44,444 bases of DNA from Candidatus Fermentibacteraceae bacterium (GTDB taxonomy: Bacteria > Fermentibacterota > Fermentibacteria > Fermentibacterales > JCC-6). Below the pieces are notes generated by a model, which worked only from the letters and a program-made list of their open reading frames with translations, was not told the DNA's origin and ran no database searches. Position 1 is the stretch's first letter, and every line of letters begins with the position of its first letter. Below, piece after piece: positions 9,057 to 18,980 of this stretch. A program made the translations under genes and the position numbers. The stretch lies in contig JAWLEP010000001.1 in assembly GCA_041686025.1 (NCBI GenBank), forward strand, positions 1 through 44,444, written 5' to 3'.

Positions 9057-9990
9057 GGCGGCGGTAGTGCTGGAGGGTCTGACCAGGCGATTCGGCTCCT
9101 TCACCGCGGTGGACTCCCTCAGCCTGCGGGTGGACCGGGGGGAGGTCTTCGGCTTTCTGGGGCCCAACGGCGCGGGCAAGTCCACCACCATCCGCATGCT
9201 GTGCGGGCTGCTCCGCCCCTCGGCGGGGAAGGGCACGGTGGCCGGGGTGGACATCATGCGCAGCCCGGAGTCGGTGAAGCCGAAGATAGGCTACATGAGC
9301 CAGCTCTTCTCCCTCTACGACGACCTCACCGTCGTCGAGAACCTCCGCTTCTTCGGCGGCATCTACGGCCTTCCGCGGGGGGAGCTGGAGGGGGCGCTCG
9401 GCCCGGCCCTCCGGGATGCCGGCCTGGAGGACAGCGCCGGACGTATGACGGGCACCCTGCCACCGGGGTGGAAGCAGCGGCTGGCGCTGGCCAGCGCGGT
9501 GCTCCACGGCCCGGAGATCGTGTTCCTGGACGAGCCCACCTCCGGGGTGGACCCGGTTACCCGGCGGCGCTTCTGGGACAGGATCTACGTTCTGGCCGAC
9601 GGCGGGGTCACCGTATTCGTCACCACCCACTACATGCGCGAGGCCGAGTACTGCGGCCGCCTGGGAATGATATCCCGGGGCAGGCTGATCGCCGTGGGCA
9701 CGCCCGGGGAGCTGAAGGGGGAGGTGCATCCCGGCGGCGTGCTGCAGATGGCGTGTGACGACGCCTCCGCCGTTGCGGGGCGGCTGGAGGGCCTGGACGA
9801 GGTGGAGGACGCCACCCCCACCGGCTCGGGGGTGCGGGTGGTCCCGGCGCCCGGCGCGTCCCCCGGGCAGGTAACCTCCGCCGTGGAGGGCCTGGGGCTG
9901 GACGATTGCCGCATCGAGACCACCGAGCCCACCATGGAGGACGTCTTCGTCTCCCTGGTCCGCAGGGAGTCCGGGGGTGAGGGGAGTTGA
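9049..9990 (+). CDS. ABC transporter ATP-binding protein (YbhF-like, second NBD)
   Basis: GPNGAGKST, degenerate signature LPPGWKQRL, FLDEPTSGVDP, TTHYM. Confidence 0.93.
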   Translation: MAEAAVVLEGLTRRFGSFTAVDSLSLRVDRGEVFGFLGPNGAGKSTTIRMLCGLLRPSAGKGTVAGVDIMRSPESVKPKIGYMSQLFSLYDDLTVVENLRFFGGIYGLPRGELEGALGPALRDAGLEDSAGRMTGTLPPGWKQRLALASAVLHGPEIVFLDEPTSGVDPVTRRRFWDRIYVLADGGVTVFVTTHYMREAEYCGRLGMISRGRLIAVGTPGELKGEVHPGGVLQMACDDASAVAGRLEGLDEVEDATPTGSGVRVVPAPGASPGQVTSAVEGLGLDDCRIETTEPTMEDVFVSLVRRESGGEGS

Positions 9991-11108
9991 GGGCGGCGAG
10001 GCTTCTGGCGGTGGCCCGCAAGGAGACGCTCCACGTGATCCGCGACCCGCGGAGCCTGGCCATGGGCATAGCGATACCGCTGCTGCTGATGGTCCTGTTC
10101 GGCTACGCCCTGTCTACCGACGTGAGAAACCTGCCCCTGGCCGTGTGGGACCGCAGCCGCACCCCCCAGAGCAGGGGTCTGGCCGACGCCCTCACCAGGT
10201 CGGGGGCGTTCCGCGCCGCCGGCTCGCTTGCGGGCTACGGAGCTGTGGAGGACGCCATGGCCGCCCGCCGGGCGGCCGCTGCGCTGGTGATACCCCGGGG
10301 CTTCGCGGACAGCCTGCTGTCCGGCCGGCCGGCGATGGTTCAGCTCCTGACCGACGGAAGCGACGCCTTCACCGCCAGGCTGGCCATGACCTACGCCTCG
10401 TCAATCGTCTCCGGCTGGCGCTGGCCGGGCGCCCCGCCGGCCGCCGACCCCCCGCTGGAGGTCAGCGTCCGGGCCTGGTACAACCCCACCCTGGAGTCGC
10501 GCAACGGCATCGTGCCCGGTCTGGCGGCGGTGATACTGATGGTGATAGCCGCCCTGCTGACCTCGCTGTCGGTGGCCCGGGAGTGGGAGACGGGCACCAT
10601 GGAGCAGCTGGTCTCCACCCCGGTGGAGAAGACCGAGCTCGTACTGGGCAAGCTCATTCCCTACGTGGCGGTGGGAGCGGTGGACGTGGTTCTCATTGCC
10701 GGCATGGCGGTGTTCCTGCTGGGCGTTCCCCTGCGTGGCAGCCTGGCCTTCCTGGCGCTGTCCAGCTTCTTCTTCGTCACCGGCTCGATGTCCCTGGGGC
10801 TGCTGATCAGCATCGCCACCCGAAGGCAGCTGCTGGCCAGCCAGCTGGCCCTCGTCACCACTTTCCTCCCCGCCTTCCTGCTGTCGGGATTCGTCTTCGA
10901 CATCGCCAGCATGCCCCCGGTGGTGCAGGCGGTGACCCACCTGGTTCCGGCGCGCTACTTCGTCACCATCCAGCGGGCGGTGTACCTCAAGGGCGGCGGC
11001 TTCGCCGTCCTCTGGCCCGACCTGCTGCTGATGGCCGGCTACTGCCTGCTGGCGCTGGCCGCCGCCCGTGGCAGGCTGCGGCTGTCGCTGGGGAGGGGAG
11101 GATCATGA
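9987..11108 (+). CDS. ABC-2 type permease (YbhS-like)
   Basis: RKE..HVIRDPRSL, LFGYA, WYNP, AREWETGTMEQL..TP, LSGFVF. Confidence 0.92.
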   Translation: MRAARLLAVARKETLHVIRDPRSLAMGIAIPLLLMVLFGYALSTDVRNLPLAVWDRSRTPQSRGLADALTRSGAFRAAGSLAGYGAVEDAMAARRAAAALVIPRGFADSLLSGRPAMVQLLTDGSDAFTARLAMTYASSIVSGWRWPGAPPAADPPLEVSVRAWYNPTLESRNGIVPGLAAVILMVIAALLTSLSVAREWETGTMEQLVSTPVEKTELVLGKLIPYVAVGAVDVVLIAGMAVFLLGVPLRGSLAFLALSSFFFVTGSMSLGLLISIATRRQLLASQLALVTTFLPAFLLSGFVFDIASMPPVVQAVTHLVPARYFVTIQRAVYLKGGGFAVLWPDLLLMAGYCLLALAAARGRLRLSLGRGGS

Positions 11109-12205
11109 CCGGCCGGCTGCGCCACCTGCTGCGCAAGGAGCTGATACAGACCCTGCGCGACCCCCGGATGCGGCTGGTGATACTGGCGGTCCCCCTTATC
11201 CAGACCCTGGTGTTCGGCTACGCGGTGAGCACGGACGTGAACAGGGTGGACGCGGCGGTGGTGGACCGGGACCGGACCCGGGAGAGCCGCAGCCTGGTGC
11301 AGTCCTTCACCGGTTCTCCCGCATTCGTCGGCCGGGCCGTCGTCGACATGGAGGCCGCCGCCGGGATGATGGACCGCGGACGGGTGGACATGGTCCTCTC
11401 GGTGCCGCAGGGCTTCGGCGAGGGGCTGGGGGCGGGGGATGCCTCGGTGCAGGTGATACTGGACGGGTCGTCCTCCGGGACAGCCGGAACGGTGATGGGC
11501 TACGCCAACGACGTGCTGGCGGCGTGGAGCCGGGGGCTGTCGCCGGCCTCCCGCCCCGCCGGAGGCGTGGAGCTGAGGAGCCGGGCCTGGTTCAACCCCG
11601 AGCTGGAGAGCCGGAACTTCTACCTTCCCGGAGTGGTGGTGACCCTGGTGACCATCGTGACCCTGATGCTGTCCAGCATGGCCGTGGTCCGGGAGAAGGA
11701 GATAGGAACCATCGAGCAGATATCGGTCACCCCCATCAGCCGGGCGGAGCTGATTCTGGGAAAGCTGTTGCCCTTCGCGGCGGTGGGCATGCTGAACGTG
11801 GCCCTGGTGGTGACCATCTCGGTCCTCTGGTTCGCCGTCCCCTTCCAGGGAAGCATTGCCGTGCTGATGGCGGGGGCCGCCCTCTTCCTTCTGTCCACCC
11901 TGGGGATGGGGCTGCTGATCTCGACGGTGAGCTCCACCCAGCAGCAGGCCATGCTCACCGATTTTCTGTTCATCATGCCCGCCATTCTCCTGTCCGGCTT
12001 CGTCTTCCCCATCTCCAACATGCCCTGGTGGGCGCAGGGGCTGTCGCTTCTCAACCCCCTCCGCTACATGCTGGTGATCGTCCGCGGGGTGTTCCTGCGC
12101 GGCGCCGGCATGGCGCATCTGTGGCCGCAGATGGCGGCCCTTGCCGCTCTGGGCGTGGCCCTGCTGGCGGCGGCGGTGCTCCGCTTCCGCAAGCGCGTGG
12201 GCTGA
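11105..12205 (+). CDS. ABC-2 type permease (YbhR-like)
   Basis: RKELIQTLRDP, WFNPEL, VREKEIGTIEQI.VTP, LSGFVFPI.NMP; ATG 11105 in ATGA overlap. Confidence 0.92.
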   Translation: MTGRLRHLLRKELIQTLRDPRMRLVILAVPLIQTLVFGYAVSTDVNRVDAAVVDRDRTRESRSLVQSFTGSPAFVGRAVVDMEAAAGMMDRGRVDMVLSVPQGFGEGLGAGDASVQVILDGSSSGTAGTVMGYANDVLAAWSRGLSPASRPAGGVELRSRAWFNPELESRNFYLPGVVVTLVTIVTLMLSSMAVVREKEIGTIEQISVTPISRAELILGKLLPFAAVGMLNVALVVTISVLWFAVPFQGSIAVLMAGAALFLLSTLGMGLLISTVSSTQQQAMLTDFLFIMPAILLSGFVFPISNMPWWAQGLSLLNPLRYMLVIVRGVFLRGAGMAHLWPQMAALAALGVALLAAAVLRFRKRVG

Positions 12206-12318
12206 TTGCCCTGGCGCCGGTGCAGGGACCCGGAGTCGTAGACGGGCGAACCGTCACCCCTTATGCTCTGCCCCGGCGATGACGGGACCGTCCAAACCGG
12301 CGTTAGGGAGGAGATCCA

Positions 12319-13791
12319 GTGAGACTTCCGCTCCGGGTCCTCGGCGGCGCCCGGCCATGGATGCTCTCGTCCCTGGCGGTCCTCGTGCTGGCGGTCGTTT
12401 GCCTGGGCAGCGCAGGCGACTGGTTCCTCTCCGACGACTACGTGCTCATCGGCGAGATAGCCCGAAGCGGGCCCTACCCCACCTGGGGCCGGGACACCGG
12501 AGGATTCCTGCGGCCGCTGACCATACTCTCCCTCTCCGCGGACTGCGGCATCGGCGGGCTGAGTCCGCTGTGCTACCACCTCACCGGCATGCTGCTGCAC
12601 CTGCTCTGCTCCGTCGGCGTCTGTCTCCTGGCCCGGGAGGCATTCGGCCATGAGCCGGGGGGCGGGCCGGCGGCACTGGCCGCCGGCCTCCTGTTCGGGG
12701 TGCTGCCCTCGCACTCCGAGCCGCTGTGCTGGATCTCGGGGAGGGCCGATCTCCTGGCCGGCCTCTTCGGCATCTTCTCCGTACTGGCCTACCTGCGGAG
12801 CCTGCGGCTGAAGAGCCGGGCGTGGGGTGCGGGGGCGGTGCTCCTGCTGGCCCTGGGCCTGGGGGCGAAGGAGAGCCTGGTGACGCTGCCCCTGGTGTGG
12901 CCGGCCTCCGGGCTCGCTGCGGGCCGGCGGCCCGGACGGCGCGGCCTGGCCACGGCTGCGGCGGGTATGCTGGTGCTGGGGGGATACCTGGCGGCCAGGA
13001 AGCTGGTCCTGGGGGCCTTCATCGGCGGCCTGGGATCGGCCAGGCATCTGGCCCTGATCGGCCCCGGCGTCATCGGCAACCTGGCCCGGTATATGCTGCG
13101 GGTCTTCGTCCCGCCCCTGGACGAGCCCTGGGCCGCGGCGGCCTCGGGGGCGATGCTGCTGCTCCTTGCCGGGTGGGCTCTGGCTGCACTGATTCGGGGG
13201 CGGCTGCGCATGAAAGGGCTGCGGGCGCCCCTTCTGTGGGGCCTGTGCTTCCTGGCGGCGCTGATTCCGGTGCTGTCGCTTGCCATCGGCGTGATGGACA
13301 CCCAGTCCGAGCGGTACCTCTACTTCCCCGGGGTCTTCGCCGTCATCGGCCTGGTGGCGCTGGCGCGGCGCGCGCTGGGAACCGGGGCGGCGGGCTGGTT
13401 CCTGGCGGCTCTCACGGTAGTCTCCGCCGCCGGCCTGTATTCCACGTCCCGAAGATGGGACGCAGCGGCGGGCCTCTCCCGCCGGCTGTCGGCGGAGGCG
13501 GCGCGGCTGGAAGCGTCGTCCGACGTGATCATCAACCTCCCCGACCACTACCGGGGAGCCTACGTGTTCCGCAACGGCCTGGAGGAGGCCTGCACGGTCT
13601 TCAGGGGGGCGGAGGACGCGCCGCCGGTGCTGCACCTGCACGGGATGGAGGACCCGAACTCCAGTTACGGGGCGGAGATGTCGGGGGAGACGGTGAAGCT
13701 CATCCTTCCGGACACCTCTCTGGTCTTCGAGAGAAGGGCCGGCCTGGACTACCACATCTTCGACGGAAGGCGTCTGCGGCCGGCCGGCTGA
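12319..13791 (+). CDS. Polytopic membrane protein, GT-C (PMT/TMTC-like) glycosyltransferase-like
   Basis: FLSDDY after TM1, FLRPL, YHLTGMLLH, PSHSEPLCWISGR, LGAKES, ERYLYFP. Confidence 0.7.
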   Translation: MRLPLRVLGGARPWMLSSLAVLVLAVVCLGSAGDWFLSDDYVLIGEIARSGPYPTWGRDTGGFLRPLTILSLSADCGIGGLSPLCYHLTGMLLHLLCSVGVCLLAREAFGHEPGGGPAALAAGLLFGVLPSHSEPLCWISGRADLLAGLFGIFSVLAYLRSLRLKSRAWGAGAVLLLALGLGAKESLVTLPLVWPASGLAAGRRPGRRGLATAAAGMLVLGGYLAARKLVLGAFIGGLGSARHLALIGPGVIGNLARYMLRVFVPPLDEPWAAAASGAMLLLLAGWALAALIRGRLRMKGLRAPLLWGLCFLAALIPVLSLAIGVMDTQSERYLYFPGVFAVIGLVALARRALGTGAAGWFLAALTVVSAAGLYSTSRRWDAAAGLSRRLSAEAARLEASSDVIINLPDHYRGAYVFRNGLEEACTVFRGAEDAPPVLHLHGMEDPNSSYGAEMSGETVKLILPDTSLVFERRAGLDYHIFDGRRLRPAG

Positions 13792-13803
13792 GGTATGGAG
13801 GCT

Positions 13804-14352
13804 CTAGCGGAACCTGACGCCGGCGGACAGAAGGGCCCTGGGATGCTCCAGGGAGTATAGGGCCCCGGTGAGCGAGACCTCCAGCATCACCGGGCCGGCG
13901 GGCGTTCTCCATCCCCCCGAGAGGTAGGGCCCGGTGGAGGTGTCTCGGCGGTAGTACCTGATCCAGGCGCACCAGCCGCCGCCCAGCCAGCTGCGCTCGG
14001 TCCAGAACTCCCGCTCCTGCAGCGCGGCCACCCCTGCGGAGACGCTCAGGCGGCCGAATGACCAGCGGAGGCCGGCCCTGGCCCGGCCCAGCCTTGCGCC
14101 ATGGTCGCGGTAATCGGTGCCGTAGGGGTTCTGCTGCGGGGGGCCCTCCTCGGGCGTCCATCCCCAGTAGCCCACGGCCCACTCCGTGGAGAGGTGGCTG
14201 TAGAGGTCCAGCCTCCAGGCCAGCCCCGGGACGAAGAAGCCCCCGCCCTGGCCGCATACGGGAAGGCTGCCGCCCATCCACGCCAGGTCCAGGCCGGCGT
14301 CACCGGCTCCGGCGGCGGCAATGAGAACGGCAACGCAGACGATAATCCTCAT
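13804..14352 (-). CDS. Hypothetical exported protein, possible outer-membrane beta-barrel
   Basis: GGAGG SD before ATG 14352, signal peptide MRIIVCVAVLIAAAGA, alternating strands, C-terminal SAGVRFR. Confidence 0.6.
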   Translation of the reverse strand: MRIIVCVAVLIAAAGAGDAGLDLAWMGGSLPVCGQGGGFFVPGLAWRLDLYSHLSTEWAVGYWGWTPEEGPPQQNPYGTDYRDHGARLGRARAGLRWSFGRLSVSAGVAALQEREFWTERSWLGGGWCAWIRYYRRDTSTGPYLSGGWRTPAGPVMLEVSLTGALYSLEHPRALLSAGVRFR

Positions 14353-14513
14353 GGCCCTCCTCCGGGCAGTCAATCTACCCGGCCCCGGATGCCGCCGGCA
14401 AGTGTGCGCGGCGGCCGTATTCCCTATAGTCGGACATCGACCGGGATAGAGGGGGTGGGCGGTCCGGTCCGGAGCCGGGGGTCCGGCGGGCCGCCGAGCT
14501 GGATGGGGGAACC

Positions 14514-15590
14514 ATGAGCGGTATCACGGGAAAGCTGCATCCTGAGAGGCTGGGAGGCCCGTACGGCGCCCTGGCGTACGTGGGAAGGCACGATACGGTA
14601 AAGACCTCCCTCAGCCTGATGGAGTATGGAGCGGACTCCTTCCGGTCGGGAGACCTGGACACGGAGGACCTGAAAGGTCTGCAAGCCGTGCGGGAGGGAG
14701 GGGAGGGCGTCAGGTGGCTGAACGTCTGCGGTCTGGCGGACGTGGAGGTGGTGGAGCGGATCGGAAGGAAACTGGGCATCCACCGGCTGGTTCTGCAGAA
14801 CATCCTCCATACGGGCCAGCGGCCCAGCGCGGAAGTATATGAGGGCTACATATTCCTGGCCTTGAATATGATAGAGTACCGTGAAGGTGGGAGTTACCTG
14901 GACTCCGAGCAGGTGAGCGTGATACTGGGCCCCGACTACGTAGTCACCTTCCAGGAGAAGGGCGGAGACGTCTTCGACCGCCTGCGGCTGAGGATACGAA
15001 ACGCAGAGGGATGCATCCGCTCGGCCGGGGCCGACTATCTGGCCTATTCCATACTGGACGCGGTGGTGGACCACTACTTCCTGGCCCTGGAGAACCTGGG
15101 CGAGGAGGTGGAGAGCCTGGAGGACCGGGTGATCGCCCGCCGGGACAGGCTGGGGATCGCCCGGATACACCGCCTGAAGCGGAAGCTGATATTCATGCGC
15201 AAGTCGGCCTGGCCCCTGCGGGAGGAGCTGGGGGTGCTGCTGCGGGGGGAGCACCCGCTGCTGTCGCCGGAGACGGTTCCCTACTTCCGGGACCTCTACG
15301 GCCATACCGTGGAGGTGATGGATACCGTGGAGACCTTCCGGGACATGGCCTCGGGGCTGCTGGAGGTCTACCTGTCCAGCCAGAGCAACCGGCTGAACGA
15401 GGTAATGAAGGTGCTTACCATAATTGCCACCATCTTCATACCCATCACCTTCATTACCGGCGTGTACGGAATGAACTTCCGCCACATGCCCGAGCTGGAG
15501 CTTCCCTGGGCCTATCCGGCCTGCCTGGTCATGTTCGTGGTCATCGCCGGCGGCATGCTGGTCTGGTTCCGGCGAAAAGGATGGCTCTAG
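14514..15590 (+). CDS. corA: Magnesium/cobalt transporter CorA
   Basis: WLNVCGL, GIHRLVLQNIL..GQRP, YFRDLYGH, NEVMKVLT, GVYGMNF, MPEL. Confidence 0.96.
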   Translation: MSGITGKLHPERLGGPYGALAYVGRHDTVKTSLSLMEYGADSFRSGDLDTEDLKGLQAVREGGEGVRWLNVCGLADVEVVERIGRKLGIHRLVLQNILHTGQRPSAEVYEGYIFLALNMIEYREGGSYLDSEQVSVILGPDYVVTFQEKGGDVFDRLRLRIRNAEGCIRSAGADYLAYSILDAVVDHYFLALENLGEEVESLEDRVIARRDRLGIARIHRLKRKLIFMRKSAWPLREELGVLLRGEHPLLSPETVPYFRDLYGHTVEVMDTVETFRDMASGLLEVYLSSQSNRLNEVMKVLTIIATIFIPITFITGVYGMNFRHMPELELPWAYPACLVMFVVIAGGMLVWFRRKGWL

Positions 15591-15604
15591 CAGCGAAGAA
15601 GGGC

Positions 15605-15646
15605 AAAGAGAAAGCCGGCCCGCGCTCGGCGGGCCGGCTCTTTTTC
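15605..15646. terminator. Bidirectional intrinsic terminator between convergent corA and S8 protease
   Basis: 11-bp stem AGCCGGCCCGC/GCGGGCCGGCT, flanked by AAAGAGAA on the left and CTTTTTC on the right. Confidence 0.85.
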
Positions 15647-15659
15647 TGCGCTGGTCCTT

Positions 15660-17375
15660 CTAGCGGACCACCGTCATCCTGGTAACGGCGCTGCCTTCAG
15701 GCGTGCTCGCCCTCAGCAGGTATACGCCGTTGCTGATGCCCTGGGGCAGGCTCCACTGGAAGCTGTGGCTGCCCCGGGCCATATCGCCGCTCTCGAGGTC
15801 GGCTACGCTGCGGCCTGCCAGGTCGTAGACGGTGATGTCCACCTGTCCGTCGGCAGGTACGTAGAGCTGGAAGCCGGCGGCTGCGCTCACCGGGTTGGGT
15901 GTCACCCGTGAGAGCACGGGGCCGGCGGGCTCCAGGGCAGCGCCGGTCTCGCCGGCGGTGCCGGTGAGCTCCAGGGCCGCCTGCACGGCCGCGTAGGCGT
16001 CCACCCGGCCCGCGCCGTAGGTGTTGTCCTTGCCTGTGGTGCCCAGGTCCAGGGAGGTCACCTCTATGATGGAATCGGTCTGGGCAACGGTAAGGTCGGG
16101 GTTGGCGCTGAGCATGAGCGCCACTACTCCCGCCAGATGCGGCGTGGCCATGGATGTACCGCTCATGGTGGTGTATCCGCCTCCCAGCTGTGTGCTGTAG
16201 ACGTCGACGCCGGGGCCGGAGATGTCGGGGTCGATCAGCGGCGACGAGTCGGAGTAGTCGTTCCACGGCGCAACGCTGCCCCACCAGGTCACGGGACCGC
16301 GGCTGGAGAAGCTGGCGATGTTGTCGCCGGAGTCGGTGGCTCCAACCGTAACCACCGCGCTGGTGCCGCCCTCGTAGGTCTGGTCCGGGTGGAACCAGGG
16401 GGGCGGGCAGTCGCCGCTGGCCAGTATGGTGCCGCCTCCCGGGCCGTCGTTGCCGGCGGCCACGCTGTGGTAGACGCCTGCGGTCAGCAGATCCTCCTCG
16501 GCCTCGCGCAGTGTGGCGTTGCCTACGGGGGAGGTGCCCAGGGACATGGTGAGAATAGGTACGTCACGGTCGGTGGCCCACTCCATGGCCTCTATCCAGG
16601 TGGGATATCCGCCGGTGTAGTAGTTGATCCGCAGGGCCATGATGGTGGCGGAGGGAGCGACTCCCGTCTCGGTGCCGGCGGTGCCGTCTCCGGCTACCGA
16701 GCCGGCGCAGTGGGTGCCGTGGCCGTAGTCGTCCATGGGATCATCGTCGCCGTCGTAGAAGTCGTAGCCGTAGTGCTCGCCGGCGGGGGTGTCGTGCCAC
16801 ATGTTGTTGCCGAGGTCGGAGTGGTTGTAGTCCACGCCGGTGTCGATGACGCCGATGATCGCGCCCTCGCCCTCGTAGCCCATGGACCATACGTCGGGGG
16901 CGTTTATCTGGCTGACGCCCCAGGCTATGTCCCTGTCCCGCTCCTCGGGGGTGGGCGGTCTGCGGTCAACGGGCTCTATGAGGCCGCCCTCGGGCGCGGC
17001 GAACTCCAGGTACCGGACGTCCTGCCTGGCTGCCGCCAGGCGGATTGTCTCCACCGAGGCCCGGGCGTATACGAAGTTGCCCAGCCAGTGGGACTCCACG
17101 TCCTCGGCGCCGCTCTGGTCGAGGAAGGAGACCAGCTCCTGCTGCGAGGAGGCCGCCAGGTCCTTCAGGGCGGCCACCACGAAGCGCTGTCGCTGTACAC
17201 GGGTCATTCCGTACGTGGCTGCGTCGACGTAGTCCTGGTCGAGGTCACCCTCCACGAGGATGGAGACGGGGATGAGCTCATCGGGAGCGCTGGACTCCAT
17301 CTGCTCCGTCAGCCCAGAGCCGATTCCGCCTGCCATTACCACGCCGACAAGCAGCAAGATAGCTGCGTATTTCAT
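15660..17375 (-). CDS. Secreted S8 (subtilisin-like) serine peptidase with T9SS/FlgD-like C-terminal domain
   Basis: Triad IDTG / HGTHCAG / GTSMATPH, AAGNDG oxyanion Asn, signal peptide, C-terminal PNP...ITVYDLAGR...W...GVYLLR; GGAGG SD before ATG 17375. Confidence 0.93.
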   Translation of the reverse strand: MKYAAILLLVGVVMAGGIGSGLTEQMESSAPDELIPVSILVEGDLDQDYVDAATYGMTRVQRQRFVVAALKDLAASSQQELVSFLDQSGAEDVESHWLGNFVYARASVETIRLAAARQDVRYLEFAAPEGGLIEPVDRRPPTPEERDRDIAWGVSQINAPDVWSMGYEGEGAIIGVIDTGVDYNHSDLGNNMWHDTPAGEHYGYDFYDGDDDPMDDYGHGTHCAGSVAGDGTAGTETGVAPSATIMALRINYYTGGYPTWIEAMEWATDRDVPILTMSLGTSPVGNATLREAEEDLLTAGVYHSVAAGNDGPGGGTILASGDCPPPWFHPDQTYEGGTSAVVTVGATDSGDNIASFSSRGPVTWWGSVAPWNDYSDSSPLIDPDISGPGVDVYSTQLGGGYTTMSGTSMATPHLAGVVALMLSANPDLTVAQTDSIIEVTSLDLGTTGKDNTYGAGRVDAYAAVQAALELTGTAGETGAALEPAGPVLSRVTPNPVSAAAGFQLYVPADGQVDITVYDLAGRSVADLESGDMARGSHSFQWSLPQGISNGVYLLRASTPEGSAVTRMTVVR

Positions 17376-17411
17376 GTAAACCTCCAAGTGGTTGATACTT
17401 GAACCACTACT

Positions 17412-17439
17412 AGTATATCTATTTCCTACCTCGGCACAA
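17412..17439 (-). promoter_or_regulatory. Candidate sigma70 promoter for S8 protease
   Basis: Minus strand TTGTGC - 16 nt - TATACT in an AT-rich intergenic stretch. Confidence 0.5.
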
Positions 17440-17478
17440 GGTCATTCGCCAGATCGCAGCCTCAGAAAGGGGTGCGGA

Positions 17479-17565
17479 ATGTACGCCGCAGCGGCCGTCC
17501 TCTTTGCCGCAGCCTGCCTGCAGGGCCTTTCGGGCTTCGGCTACTTCCCGTTCTCCCTTCCGCCG
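17479..17565 (+). pseudogene. N-terminal remnant of a TauE/SafE (TSUP) transporter gene
   Basis: AAGGGG SD then MYAAAAVLFAAACLQGLSGFGYFPFSLPP, matching the TSUP N-terminal QG.sGFG...P motif, then runs into antisense lpdA. Confidence 0.5.
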
Positions 17566-18980
17566 GTGGTGCCTCCGATGCCAGCCTCCTCGGTGGGCAG
17601 GCTTCCGCAGGGGGGGAGCTCCGACTCCGTAGAGGGGGCGGCGCCTCGGGCCGCACGGCGCACCGCACTTCTAAGGCCCTCCTCCAGGGTTGGGTGGTAG
17701 TAGGGCAGCTCCAGCATCTGGTGCACTGTAAGCTCCCTCTGAAGGGCCCAGGCCAGCAGGTGTGCCAGGTGCTCGCCTCCCGGGGCGCAGAGCTCGGCTC
17801 CCAGGAACAGACCGTCGCGTTCCCGGGCCCAGACCTTCACCGAGCCGACGGCGGTACCCGCCATCCTGGCCCTTCCCTGGCGGGAGTAGTCCTGGGCTCC
17901 CATCACCCTTCCCTCCCCCGGCCCGGGTGAGCCCACCGAGGCGATTCCGGGCTCGGTGAACACCACGCGCAGGGGCGCACGGCGACAGAATCTGCGCGGC
18001 TTCCCGCGCAGGGCGTTGTGCCCGGCGATCCTCCCGTCGTCTGCGGCCTCGTGCAGCAGCGGAGCCCTGGCGTTTACGTCTCCGGCTATGAAGACCCGGG
18101 TGCCCGGGACCAGCATGGTGGTCTCGTCGAAGGGGGGCAGGCCCCCGTCGTCCAGCTCCACGCCCAGGTTCTCCAGGCCCAGGTCCTCCGTAGCGGGCCT
18201 GCGGCCCACGGCCACCAGAGCCCTGTCCACAACCAGATCCTCACCTCCCGCGGAGACCCTGACGCCTTCGGGGTCCGCCGCCAGCTCCACCTCCGCCCCC
18301 AGTTCCGGCTCCAGCTCCGGGCGAAAAGCCTCCAGCGCGGCCTGCAGGATGTCGTCGTCGGCGATGCCGGCGATGGTCTCCGAGGCATCGAAGGCGCTCA
18401 CGTCCACCCCCAGCCTGGAGAACGCCTGGGCCAGCTCCAGGCCCACGGCTCCCAGGCCCACCACGGCCAGGCTGGAGGGAAGGTCCTCCAACTCGAACAC
18501 CCCGTCGCTGGTTATCACCCCGGGGATGCCGCGCCAGGGCTCCGGAACCACCGGCTTTGAACCGGTGGCAATGACAATGCTGTCCGCCTCCACACGACGG
18601 CCCTCTACGTCCAGGGCGTCGGGGCCCAGGAGGCGGGCATGGCCCTGCACGCTCCTGTCTCCCAGTTCATCCGTCGCCTTGAGCGTTCCCCTTACGAATC
18701 CGTCCCGAAGCCTGCGGACCCGCTCCATCACCGCCCTGCCGTCCACTGAGACGCCGGAGGCCCCGTCGAGGCCCATCTCCTCGGTCAGACGCAGTCGATG
18801 GAAGGCGTCGGCGGCCTCGATAAGGGCCTTCGACGGCATGCATCCCACCCTGGCGCAGGTGGTCCCGTAGGGCCCCTCGTTAACCAGCAGGAAGCTGTCG
18901 GTCCCCTTCCGCACCTCGCTGAGAGCGGACAGGCCGGCGGTGCCGGCTCCGATGATCACCACGTCGTAGCGGTCGCTCAC
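17541..18980 (-). CDS. lpdA: Dihydrolipoyl dehydrogenase family pyridine nucleotide-disulfide oxidoreductase
   Basis: IIGAGTAG, GTTCARVGCMPSKAL redox disulfide, GLGAVGLE, IAGDV, YYHPTLEE; GTG 18980 overlaps upstream stop. Confidence 0.88.
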   Translation of the reverse strand: MSDRYDVVIIGAGTAGLSALSEVRKGTDSFLLVNEGPYGTTCARVGCMPSKALIEAADAFHRLRLTEEMGLDGASGVSVDGRAVMERVRRLRDGFVRGTLKATDELGDRSVQGHARLLGPDALDVEGRRVEADSIVIATGSKPVVPEPWRGIPGVITSDGVFELEDLPSSLAVVGLGAVGLELAQAFSRLGVDVSAFDASETIAGIADDDILQAALEAFRPELEPELGAEVELAADPEGVRVSAGGEDLVVDRALVAVGRRPATEDLGLENLGVELDDGGLPPFDETTMLVPGTRVFIAGDVNARAPLLHEAADDGRIAGHNALRGKPRRFCRRAPLRVVFTEPGIASVGSPGPGEGRVMGAQDYSRQGRARMAGTAVGSVKVWARERDGLFLGAELCAPGGEHLAHLLAWALQRELTVHQMLELPYYHPTLEEGLRSAVRRAARGAAPSTESELPPCGSLPTEEAGIGGTTGGRENGK

